Origin: an uncultured archaeon
Lineage (GTDB): Archaea > Asgardarchaeota > Lokiarchaeia > Sigyniarchaeales > SOKP01
Assembly (NCBI GenBank): GCA_964493715.1
Contig: CAZBPC010000066.1
Coordinates: forward strand, 1-19,245
Length of the DNA stretch: 19,245 bases
Reading direction: 5' to 3'
Below the pieces are notes generated by a model that searched no databases, had not been told where the DNA came from, and was given only the letters and a program-made list of their open reading frames with translations. Each line of letters begins with the position of its first letter. Within the stretch, counting starts at the first letter, position 1. Below are positions 1 through 8,388 of the stretch, piece by piece. A program made the position numbers and the translations under genes.

Positions 1-34
1 AATTCAAATTTACAATTCAAAAATTAATTAAAGA

Positions 35-400
35 GTGAATATAAACATGAGTATGGATCCGATTTTATTGCAAGTCGTAATATACATAATTATCCTCGTT
101 GTAATGGCTATTTTTCTTAAGGTTGCATTGAACTTTGTTAAAAATTCAAATAACACTCAATTTGGTCGAGTATTTTTAACTGCTTTCTTGATTACTTTAG
201 TGTTTTTCCTTTTAGATTACTTTGTAGGTGGATGGATAGGAATAATAATTGCTCTAGTCATAATATGGGTACTTATAAGCGTAATACATCATACTGGTTT
301 TGGTACAGCAATAATAGTCACAGTTGTAGCCGTGATATTGTATGTTATTGTCTTTTGGCTTCTTGGTTATTTCTTTGGAATACCATTTTTCTTATTCTAG
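35..400 (+). CDS. Small polytopic membrane protein (about 4 TM helices), function unknown; true start may be ATG 47 or 53
   Basis: 121-aa ORF with four hydrophobic stretches; internal repeat NTQFGRVFL / HTGFGTAII; T-rich tract at 430-440 downstream. Confidence 0.75.
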   Translation: MNINMSMDPILLQVVIYIIILVVMAIFLKVALNFVKNSNNTQFGRVFLTAFLITLVFFLLDYFVGGWIGIIIALVIIWVLISVIHHTGFGTAIIVTVVAVILYVIVFWLLGYFFGIPFFLF

Positions 401-631
401 AGATCGTAACCTTAATTTTAAATTTTAAATTTTTTTCTTTAATTATATCGAGCTTTCATTAATAAATATTTTAAAATTTTTTTAATTTCTAAATTAGGGA
501 GAATCTAAGATACTCTAATATGTTCTATTATAATAATAGAAATTCCTATAACGTTTTCTAGTCCAGGTAAGCCAGTTGGGCAAAGAATGAAGGAATAAGT
601 TAAATATTGTTCTATATGTATTGAAGAAATT

Positions 632-642
632 AAAAAAAAAAA
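632..642 (-). terminator. Oligo-T (T11 on minus strand), archaeal-type terminator candidate
   Basis: A11 run on the plus strand, about 22 nt past the TAA (666-664) of the minus-strand membrane ORF. Confidence 0.4.
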
Positions 643-663
643 GAAATTTTTATAGCTGAAATA

Positions 664-965
664 TTATTTAAGATAACCTAAAATTCCTGCAATTAAGACT
701 AAAACTCCACCGAGCCAACTTCCAAAAATTAGTATTAGAATACCCATTATCAATAAAACTATTAGTGTAAAAGGAAGAGGTTTACCTGGTTGTACAACCA
801 TTAGAATTACAAGGATCCCAAGAATTATTGCTATAATAGGCCATACATAAGAATAACCCCAATAACCCGATGAAAAGCTAAAACCGAAAAAACTACCTAT
901 TTTTAGGCCTCTTCTTTCGTAAATAATTAAGATGAATATTATACTTAACTTTTTTTTCCTTACAT
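664..965 (-). pseudogene. Small membrane protein (about 3 TM) with an out-of-frame start; pseudogene, sequencing error or non-canonical start
   Basis: Manual translation: frame open from 987 to the TAA at 666-664, reading ...KKKLSIIFILII...IGSFFGFSFSSGYWGYSYVWPIIAIILGILVILMVVQPGKPLPFTLIVLLIMGILILIFGSWLGGVLVLIAGILGYLK*. ATG at 965 is one base out of frame. TATTTAAA at 994-987 lies about 29 nt upstream of it. Confidence 0.6.
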
Positions 966-1001
966 TCCTCTTTAGAATAATAATTCTTTAAATACAGATG
1001 C

Positions 1002-2042
1002 ATGTCAACATACCATAGAGTTTTTTATAAAAAAGCACAAGAAATGGAAGAGGTTCAGGACAATTCCATTGCATTAGTTGTTACTTCACCCCCATATCCA
1101 ATGATAGAAATGTGGGATGAAATTTTTTCCTTACAAAATAAAGAAATTAAAATAGCATTGGAAGCTGGAGATGGCTTACTAGCTTTTGAAAAAATGCATG
1201 AGGAACTTGATAAAGTATGGAAAGAACTATATAGAATTTTAATACTTGGTGGAATTGTATGTATCAATATCGGAGATGCTACTCGGACAATTAATAATAA
1301 CTTCCAACTTTTTCCTTCTCATTCAAGAATCATCAATGCATTTCAAAAACTTGGATTTCAAATGCTACCTGAAGTATTATGGAGAAAACAAACTAATGCA
1401 CCAAATAAATTCATGGGATCAGGGATGTTTCCGCCTGGAGCATATATAACTTTAGAACATGAGCATATCTTGATATTTCGGAAAGGAGAAAAAAGAGAAT
1501 TTAATACAAAAGCTCTCTTGAAAAACAGAAGAGAAAGCGCATATTTTTGGGAAGAAAGAAATTCATGGTTTTCAGATGTATGGGATTTTAAAGGAATTTC
1601 ACAAGATCTAAATAATAAAGAAACACGAAAAAGAAGTGCTGCTTACCCATTCGATCTAGCGGTTAGATTAATAAACATGTTTTCAGTTAAAAATGACACA
1701 ATTTTAGACCCTTTTCTTGGAACTGGAACGAGTTCAATAGCAGCGATGGTTTCTGAGAGAAATAGTATTGGATATGAAATTGATGAGAATCTCAAAGAGA
1801 TCATTAGAGAACGGTTTCTTGGTGTTGTATCTCTCGGAAATAAATATATTGATAATAGACTCAATGATCATATCTCATTTATTACTGAGAGAATAAATGA
1901 AAAAGGACCAACAAAATATGAGAATGAAATTATAGGCTCAGTTGTTACAAATCAAGAGAGATATTTGAAAATTAATAAATTAAGTTCAATTAAGGAAATT
2001 AACCAGGAATTTGTATTGAATTATAAGGAGATCGGAAAATAA
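1002..2042 (+). CDS. Beta-class N4-cytosine/N6-adenine DNA methyltransferase (orphan within the window)
   Basis: Catalytic motif IV (VVTSPPY) near the N-terminus and SAM-binding DPFLGTG near the C-terminus, the beta-class order; SPPY is typical of m4C enzymes. Confidence 0.9.
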   Translation: MSTYHRVFYKKAQEMEEVQDNSIALVVTSPPYPMIEMWDEIFSLQNKEIKIALEAGDGLLAFEKMHEELDKVWKELYRILILGGIVCINIGDATRTINNNFQLFPSHSRIINAFQKLGFQMLPEVLWRKQTNAPNKFMGSGMFPPGAYITLEHEHILIFRKGEKREFNTKALLKNRRESAYFWEERNSWFSDVWDFKGISQDLNNKETRKRSAAYPFDLAVRLINMFSVKNDTILDPFLGTGTSSIAAMVSERNSIGYEIDENLKEIIRERFLGVVSLGNKYIDNRLNDHISFITERINEKGPTKYENEIIGSVVTNQERYLKINKLSSIKEINQEFVLNYKEIGK

Positions 2043-2054
2043 TTCGATGATTAC

Positions 2055-3293
2055 TTATTTGGATAATTTTCTTTTTCTAATATTTCTCTCCAAATCTTCA
2101 GGTTCAATTGTTATTTTTTCGCCACTCAATAATGCAGAAACACCAATTTGTTTTTCGCAATTTTCGCAATGACAAATTGGTACATAATCTTTAGGTTCTT
2201 CATAGGTAGTAATAACACCTTCAAAGTTCCTTAGGACAACCCTACTATTTCCTTGAGAGATTGTATAATCAGGCATGACAGGTATTTTACCTCCTCCTCC
2301 TGGAGCATCCACAACGAATGTGGGAACGCAAAGCCCAGAAGTATGTCCTCGAAGACCCTCAATGATTTCAATGCCTTGAGCAACACTCGTACGAAAATGT
2401 CCGAGTCCAACAGATAAATCACACTGATATATATAATAAGGTCTTACTCTTATTTTGACTAAATCTTGAACCAATTTCTTCATTACGTGGATACAATCAT
2501 TAACACCTCGCAAGAGTACTGATTGATTTCCAAGAGGGATACCCACATCAGCTAACATTTCACAAGCTCTTTTGGAATCTTCTGTAATTTCATTTGGATG
2601 GTTAAAATGAGTATTGAACCAAATAGGGTGATATTGTTTTAACATTTCACATAAGTCAGGAGTAATCCTTTGGGGCATGACTACAGGACATCTTGAACCT
2701 ATTCTTATAATCTCAACATGAGGAATTTCCTTCAAGCTAATTATAATTTCTTCTAATAATTTGTCTGAAATTAGCATTGCATCACCTCCAGATAAAAGAA
2801 TATCCCTTATAGAAGGTGTTTCTTTAATGTAATCAATGCATTTTTCAATTTGGTCCTTTGGAGGGGCTTTATCGTGATGTCCCGCAAATCTTCGTCTAGT
2901 ACAATGTCGACAATACATGCTACAGTTCTCTGTAACGAGGAACAGAACTCTATCAGGATAGCGATGGGTTAACCCAGGCACTGGGGAGTCAACTTCTTCG
3001 TGAAGGGGATCTTCTAAATCACCAAGTGATCTATGGAGTTCATGAATAGTTGGAATTGCTTGTTTGCGTATTGGGTCATAAGGATCGTGAGGATCTATTA
3101 ATGATAAATAATAAGGGGTGATTGCCATTCTCATTTTTTCCAAGATTTTTGGATCATCCTCTTCTTTCATCAATGGGACAAGCTCTTTTACTTCTTCAAG
3201 AGTGGTTATCCTATTACTAAATTGCCATCTCCAATTGTTCCAATCCTCATCCGAGATATGCCCAAATAATTCTTTTCGTCTATTTACTCTCAT
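2055..3293 (-). CDS. kamA: Lysine 2,3-aminomutase (radical SAM, PLP-dependent)
   Basis: DWNNWRWQ N-terminus, PGLTHRYPDR, radical-SAM CSMYCRHCTRRR, LLSGGD, HFNHP, PLP lysine in DAPGGGGK, C-terminal CHCENC Zn site; neighbours kdd. Confidence 0.95.
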   Translation of the reverse strand: MRVNRRKELFGHISDEDWNNWRWQFSNRITTLEEVKELVPLMKEEDDPKILEKMRMAITPYYLSLIDPHDPYDPIRKQAIPTIHELHRSLGDLEDPLHEEVDSPVPGLTHRYPDRVLFLVTENCSMYCRHCTRRRFAGHHDKAPPKDQIEKCIDYIKETPSIRDILLSGGDAMLISDKLLEEIIISLKEIPHVEIIRIGSRCPVVMPQRITPDLCEMLKQYHPIWFNTHFNHPNEITEDSKRACEMLADVGIPLGNQSVLLRGVNDCIHVMKKLVQDLVKIRVRPYYIYQCDLSVGLGHFRTSVAQGIEIIEGLRGHTSGLCVPTFVVDAPGGGGKIPVMPDYTISQGNSRVVLRNFEGVITTYEEPKDYVPICHCENCEKQIGVSALLSGEKITIEPEDLERNIRKRKLSK

Positions 3294-3478
3294 GATGATT
3301 ACTAATTATTGTATCTATTTTAATTTAAGTATCCTTATTTGTTAAGCTTTAGGAGTCTGTGGGAGAAAAACCCCATTAAAAGTGCAAAATCCTATTATTA
3401 TATAAATTTCTCTTGGGATGTATAATACCAAGGTTTGTATATCAAGCCTTTAAAAAGAGCGAAAACTTAATTTGATCA

Positions 3479-4516
3479 CTACGCGTATTTTTCATTAAAG
3501 ATTTCTCTTAACTTTTTTGATTCTCTTAAAAGATCAAGAGTAATTTGAGCATGGTTCTTAGTATATCCATTACCAATAATCATCGTTACATCTTTACCTA
3601 CACCTTCAGCTCCTAAAGCTGCTTTTGTAAAACTCGTGGCCATCGAGAAGAAATACACAGTTCCACCGTCTTTAACAGGCAAAATACATGACATTTCAAC
3701 ATTAGGAATGGATAAACAATTAATAGAAATGTCAACTTCTTTTCCACCATTTGCTTTCAAAGCTTCCTCTAAGATATTGACTGGATTTTGTACATCTGCG
3801 ATAATAACCTTATCGCAAAAACCTGTATTTTTGAGAAATTGTCCTCTATTTTCATTTCTAGCTTGACCGATTACTATTCCTTTAGAGCCAACCATTTGTT
3901 TTGCCATGCAAGAGCACATTAATCCAGATTTTCCAGTTGCACCTAAAATCAAAACACTATTCCCAAGATTTACTAATTTCTTTACTTGAGCCGGTGCTCC
4001 TGCTACATCAAGAGCTGCCAAAGCGAGAGTATCTTCCATATCTTCAGGAAGTTTGGCATAGATTCCACTTTCAAAAAGAATTGCTTTTCCATCTATTTCA
4101 ACACGATCAATATCAGAGTCAATTTTTATTATTTTTTTGATATTTAAGGGAGTTAATGAAAGAGAAACCAAGGTAGCAATCCTATCACCAACCTTTAAAT
4201 CTATATTGCTGGATATTTTCGATCCAATTTCTTCAACACGCCCAATAAGCATGCCTCCTGAACCAGTGACAGGATTTTGCATTTTTCCTCGTTGATTCAC
4301 TATTTCAATGATCTTATTTTTTACTTTCTCAAGATCTCCTTGAGCTTCTTGCTTTAATTGTGTAAAACTTGCTGAATCAATATTTAAATAATCTACATCA
4401 ATTAAAATCTCATTATCATAAAGTTCCATATCATTAGAAATTTTTAAAGCTGGTTGAGGTAAAGAACCTTTAGGATCAATTACTCTATGAGTTCCGTATA
4501 ATGTACCCTTTTTCAT
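3479..4516 (-). CDS. kdd: L-erythro-3,5-diaminohexanoate dehydrogenase (start revised to ATG 4516)
   Basis: MKKGTLYGTHRVIDPKGSLPQPA, LNIDSASFTQ, GKMQNPVTGSGGMLIG, ATLVSLSLTPL, LDVAGAPAQ and FFSMATSF are characteristic Kdd segments; GGAGA SD-like motif upstream of 4516; adjacent to kamA. Confidence 0.92.
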   Translation of the reverse strand: MKKGTLYGTHRVIDPKGSLPQPALKISNDMELYDNEILIDVDYLNIDSASFTQLKQEAQGDLEKVKNKIIEIVNQRGKMQNPVTGSGGMLIGRVEEIGSKISSNIDLKVGDRIATLVSLSLTPLNIKKIIKIDSDIDRVEIDGKAILFESGIYAKLPEDMEDTLALAALDVAGAPAQVKKLVNLGNSVLILGATGKSGLMCSCMAKQMVGSKGIVIGQARNENRGQFLKNTGFCDKVIIADVQNPVNILEEALKANGGKEVDISINCLSIPNVEMSCILPVKDGGTVYFFSMATSFTKAALGAEGVGKDVTMIIGNGYTKNHAQITLDLLRESKKLREIFNEKYA

Positions 4517-4625
4517 GATTATATCTCCAAAATAGTTTGATGTGATATTTACAATATTAACTTTAATAAGAATTTTTTCTACCATTCAAAAATAGGAATA
4601 AGAAAACAATACATATGGATAATTC

Positions 4626-4706
4626 ATAAATTCAAATGATGATTATGAGCGTTATGGAATCCCTGGTACTGGAACAGAAGAAGTATCAATCGCTATCATG
4701 GTTTAA
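4626..4706 (+). pseudogene. Possible remnant of an archaeal extracellular beta-helix (NosD/CASH-like) protein
   Basis: Reads INSNDDYERYGIPGTGTEEV..., resembling the 'I-x-x-N-D-D-F-x-x-Y-G-F-P-G-x-G-T-x-x-D-P-Y' cap motif; flanked by stops, no start codon. Confidence 0.3.
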
Positions 4707-4962
4707 TGTCCATTTTAGGGCATTAATTAAACCAGTTATACCTCCACCGATTACTATTAAACTATAATTATTCAAATCAGTCATGATTTAAACATTTAAT
4801 GTCCCAATATTTATAGGTTTAATTTTTCTTCATGTTTTTTCCTATAATCAGTAAGCTTAGAAAATAGTTAACTTTTTTAGTTGACGGTGCATAGAATAGT
4901 TATTAGAAAATGTCTTAGCAATATTAGCTAACTCTAGAATTAAAACTCAATAGGGAATCGAT

Positions 4963-5109
4963 ATGGTGTTTATAAAAATGAAAGGTATTTATCTATTGAG
5001 TTTAGTCTTTGTTGATGGATCAAATGACACTTTTGTTATTAGATCGGATGATGTACAGAATTTTCCTTTATTTTTTTCGCATCTACATCATCATCAACAT
5101 CATAAATAA
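4963..5109 (+). CDS. Candidate histidine-operon leader peptide (HisL-like), start uncertain (ATG 4963, ATG 4978 or TTG 4996)
   Basis: MVFIKMKGIYLLSLVFVDGSNDTFVIRSDDVQNFPLFFSHLHHHQHHK*; CAT CTA CAT CAT CAT CAA CAT CAT at 5080-5103, TAA at 5107-5109, 86 nt upstream of hisIE. Confidence 0.7.
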   Translation: MVFIKMKGIYLLSLVFVDGSNDTFVIRSDDVQNFPLFFSHLHHHQHHK

Positions 5110-5195
5110 TTCCGATGAATTAAGGTAGTAAATTTACTCGATTATTCATTGGAATTGAATCGAACTGAAATCTAATTCAGTTTTGGGGGTATATT
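5010..5195 (+). promoter_or_regulatory. Putative attenuator / structured 5' leader of the his operon
   Basis: 13-bp stem 5108-5120/5144-5156 (one G-U); stem 5162-5169/5176-5183; competing stems 5047-5055/5084-5092, 5043-5048/5111-5116 and 5151-5160/5175-5184; SD-like GGGGGT at 5185-5190. Confidence 0.6.
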
Positions 5196-6107
5196 ATGTT
5201 AATATTAAAAGTGGAAATAAAGGATATAGAATTGCTGGGAGGAATTACCCAGTTTATTAAAGAAGTATTTTTAAAAAGGAATTGGGATGTTTTTTTAACT
5301 TTAGTCCTAAAAGTCAATAAGCAAGATTTCGATAGACTGAACATGAATGATAATAATTTGAAGGAAATTTCTCAGAATCTAGATTTAATATTTGAAATAG
5401 TTGATGGTCAGAATGAGATGAAAAAACTGCTATATAAAAGAGGTTATAAAACCATTATTCAATCATCACCTAACCGCTATGAAATCATCTATTTTAATTC
5501 AAAAATGAATTATTCATTAATAGACGATAGTTTGCTAAATATTCTCGATTTTGATAAAGAGCATGGGTTAATTCCAACAATAGTACAAGATCAGAGCAAT
5601 ACCGTGTTAATGCTTGCATACTCTTCTAAAGAATCATTAAAAGAAACAATAAAAACTCGGAAGGCAACCTATTTCAGTAGATCAAGAAACAAACTATGGA
5701 TAAAGGGAGAGGAATCTGGAAATTTTCAAGAAGTAAAAAGAATTCTTTTTGACTGTGATAAGGATGCTCTCTTGTTTAAAGTTGAACAAACGGGATACGC
5801 TTGCCATACAGGAACATATTCTTGTTTTGCTGATAGAGAATTTTCATTAAATGTTCTCTATGATATAATCAACAATAGAATAGAGAATTCTACAGTATCA
5901 GATTCTTATACTAAGAAGCTAGCTGAAGACAATAAATTACTACTTTCAAAAATCAAGGAAGAAAGTTTAGAAGTGATAAATTTTACTGATAGAGACAATC
6001 TTATCTGGGAGATTTCTGACATAACATATTTTATCCTAGTTTTAATGGCAACAAAAAAAATTATACCTCGTGAAATTTTAAATGAATTAAGGAGGCGGAA
6101 TAAATGA
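5196..6107 (+). CDS. hisIE: Bifunctional phosphoribosyl-AMP cyclohydrolase / phosphoribosyl-ATP pyrophosphatase with an ~115-aa N-terminal extension
   Basis: HisI motifs [42 protein letters not shown]; HisE motifs [20 protein letters not shown]. Confidence 0.92.
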   Translation: MLILKVEIKDIELLGGITQFIKEVFLKRNWDVFLTLVLKVNKQDFDRLNMNDNNLKEISQNLDLIFEIVDGQNEMKKLLYKRGYKTIIQSSPNRYEIIYFNSKMNYSLIDDSLLNILDFDKEHGLIPTIVQDQSNTVLMLAYSSKESLKETIKTRKATYFSRSRNKLWIKGEESGNFQEVKRILFDCDKDALLFKVEQTGYACHTGTYSCFADREFSLNVLYDIINNRIENSTVSDSYTKKLAEDNKLLLSKIKEESLEVINFTDRDNLIWEISDITYFILVLMATKKIIPREILNELRRRNK

Positions 6108-7111
6108 AAAAAACAGAGTTTTATTATAAATCACGGCAAGTGAGATTAGCTATACCTTCAAAAGGAAGAATGGAAAAAGAGACTCAAGATTTCTTGAAGG
6201 AATGTGGTTTTAACATACAAAGGAATAACAGACAATATATTGGCTCTATAAATGGACCCATTGATCTCCAATTAGTGTATCAACGACAAGTAGATATTGT
6301 CAGAGGCGTGCTTAACGGTTCTTTAGAGCTTGGAATAGTTGGTTATGATTTAGTCCTTGAATATTTACCTGACGAGAATAAGGAATTAGTAGTTATACAT
6401 GAAGCGTTAAATTTTGGAAAATGTAGTATTGAAATTGCAGTTCCTGAAGATTGGGACGAGAAATCAATTGAAGAAATTAAACAAAACAAGGAAAATTTAA
6501 AAGTAGCAACAAAATTTCCAAAACTTACTGAACAATACCTTAACTTGAAAGGGATTTCTTGTGAATTAGTTAAAGGAAATGGTTCTCTTGAAGTTTATCC
6601 TGAGTTAGATTATAGCGATATAATAGTTGATTTAGTTTCTACAGGTCAAACATTAAAGGATAATCGTCTAAAGACAATAGATGGCGGTCAAATATTAAAA
6701 TCCGAGGCTGTACTCATTGGGAACCGATCAGCATTAAAAAATGATCCCACCTTAAAGATCGCTAGAGGATTAATAGAGTATTTTGAAGCAACTCTCAGAG
6801 CACAGAATTTTGTTTCTGTATTTGTGAACATGAGAGGGGAAAGTCAAGAAGAAATAGCTAATGCGATCTTCTTGAAAGATGGACTTGAGGGTCTTCAAGG
6901 ACCTACAATTTCTCCTGTTTTCACAAAATCTGGAGAAAAGATGCATGCTGTTCACGTTATTGTTGAGAAAGAAAGATTACAAATAGCTATTAGAAATTTA
7001 CGTGAGATTGGTGGAAGTGGAGTGGTTGTCGCACCAACACTCTATATTTTTGAGGAAGAACCAATCAGATATATAAAATTATTAAAAAATTTGGGGAAGA
7101 ATTATGATTAA
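6104..7111 (+). CDS. hisG: ATP phosphoribosyltransferase, long form with C-terminal regulatory domain
   Basis: [57 protein letters not shown]; ATGA overlap with hisIE and AAGGAGG SD. Confidence 0.95.
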   Translation: MKKTEFYYKSRQVRLAIPSKGRMEKETQDFLKECGFNIQRNNRQYIGSINGPIDLQLVYQRQVDIVRGVLNGSLELGIVGYDLVLEYLPDENKELVVIHEALNFGKCSIEIAVPEDWDEKSIEEIKQNKENLKVATKFPKLTEQYLNLKGISCELVKGNGSLEVYPELDYSDIIVDLVSTGQTLKDNRLKTIDGGQILKSEAVLIGNRSALKNDPTLKIARGLIEYFEATLRAQNFVSVFVNMRGESQEEIANAIFLKDGLEGLQGPTISPVFTKSGEKMHAVHVIVEKERLQIAIRNLREIGGSGVVVAPTLYIFEEEPIRYIKLLKNLGKNYD

Positions 7112-8387
7112 GATTTATTCAATAGAAGAAGCAAGAACCAGTATACTTAAAAGAGGAATTAAACAAGAATTGCCAGAAGAAAATGTAAGAAGAATAGTAA
7201 ACGATGTGAAGGAACGAGGAGATATAGCTCTTAGAGAGTGGACTGAAAAATTTGACAAAGTAAAAATTGATCAATTTGAGGTTCTGAATTTAAACTATAC
7301 AGAATATCTAAACAACATCACTCAAGAGTTAAGACAATCTCTCGAACTCGCTTGCGATAGAATCTATAAATATCACAAATCTCAGCCAAATTCTCCTTGG
7401 GAAAATAATGATCTTGGAGGACAGCTAGGTCAAATAATAAGACCTATTGGAACAGTTGGTATTTATATTCCGGGAGGCACAAGTCCTTTATTCTCATCTA
7501 TATTAATGACTGCAATTCCTGCTATAGTGGCGGGGACTAAAAACCTAATTTTTGCCACTCCTCCTAATCAAGATGGAACTTTATCAAAAATTATTCTTGC
7601 AACCTTCGGAATAATAGATTCCTTGGGTGTAAATTTTCGTGTGTTTAAAATGGGGGGTGCTCAAGCAATTGCTGCCATGGCATTTGGTACTGATCAAATC
7701 CCAAAAGTAGATAAAATTGTAGGACCTGGGAATATTTATGTGAATTTAGCTAAAAAAGAAGTTTATGGATATGTTGGAATTGATGGTATATATGGTCCAA
7801 CTGAGGCGTTAATTATTGCCGATGATACTGCAAATCCATCATTAATTGCGTCAGATCTTTTAGCACAAGCTGAACATGACGTTTTAGCGATACCAATTTT
7901 AGTAACACATGCAAAAAGTATAATTTTTGCTGTCAAAAAGGAGTTAAAAACTCAAATTGAAAACCTTGAGAGAAAATCTATCATAAGAGAATCAATAAAT
8001 AATAAAGGTGGTATTATTCTAACAAATTCAATTGAAGAATCATTTAATATTTCAAATGAGTTTGGTCCTGAACATCTATCCTTAATGCTCAAAGAACCTT
8101 TAGAATATATTGATTTAATTGAAAATGCTGGAGGGGTATTCATTGGTGAAAATTCTTTTGAAGTATTAGGAGATTATATTGCAGGTCCTAGTCATGTGAT
8201 GCCTACAAATGGAACAGCTCGATTTTCTTCAGCCTTATCAGTGTATGATTTTGTTAAAAGGATTAGTTTTGTAAACTTGAATAGAAAAACTGTTCTAGAC
8301 TTATCCAAATTTGCTGAGATTATGGCAAGTAATGAGGATTTGACAGGACATGCAAACTCTGCAACTATAAGAAGGAGAGTGATTTAA
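7104..8387 (+). CDS. hisD: Histidinol dehydrogenase
   Basis: VGIYIPGG, GGAQAIAAMAFGT, KIVGPGNIYV, GPTE, DLLAQAEHD, PEHL, GDYIAGPSHVMPTNG; overlaps the hisG stop. Confidence 0.96.
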   Translation: MIKIYSIEEARTSILKRGIKQELPEENVRRIVNDVKERGDIALREWTEKFDKVKIDQFEVLNLNYTEYLNNITQELRQSLELACDRIYKYHKSQPNSPWENNDLGGQLGQIIRPIGTVGIYIPGGTSPLFSSILMTAIPAIVAGTKNLIFATPPNQDGTLSKIILATFGIIDSLGVNFRVFKMGGAQAIAAMAFGTDQIPKVDKIVGPGNIYVNLAKKEVYGYVGIDGIYGPTEALIIADDTANPSLIASDLLAQAEHDVLAIPILVTHAKSIIFAVKKELKTQIENLERKSIIRESINNKGGIILTNSIEESFNISNEFGPEHLSLMLKEPLEYIDLIENAGGVFIGENSFEVLGDYIAGPSHVMPTNGTARFSSALSVYDFVKRISFVNLNRKTVLDLSKFAEIMASNEDLTGHANSATIRRRVI

Positions 8388-8388
8388 A

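Noticed and set aside
2055-3293. EF-P modification enzyme EpmB or osmolyte-pathway AblA
   Set aside because: Full-length clostridial-type KamA with Zn site, next to kdd; no efp, epmA or ablB in the window.
3294-3478. Lysine riboswitch upstream of kamA (also considered upstream of kdd and kat)
   Set aside because: No recognisable L-box consensus or multi-stem pairing; only short weak inverted repeats such as TGGG...CCCA at 3360-3375.
4517-4585. Longer ORF-track starts for kdd (4585), and likewise hisH (10065), kce (15452) and the Cys-rich gene (17106)
   Set aside because: Family homology and SD/TATA placement favour the downstream ATGs.
4857-4911. Short direct repeats (TTAGAAAAT x2, AATAGTTA x2) and a 7-bp inverted repeat (4867-4885) as an operator
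   Set aside because: Too short and AT-rich to distinguish from background without comparative data.
5080-5103. (CAT)n as a simple microsatellite or cloning His-tag
   Set aside because: Interrupted codon-wise (CTA, CAA), no vector sequence nearby, and located right before a his operon; a leader peptide is the better explanation, though chance is not excluded.
5162-5190. Classical bacterial Rho-independent terminator
   Set aside because: The stem is AT-rich and the T4 tract is mostly inside the stem, followed by G5; it does not meet canonical criteria.
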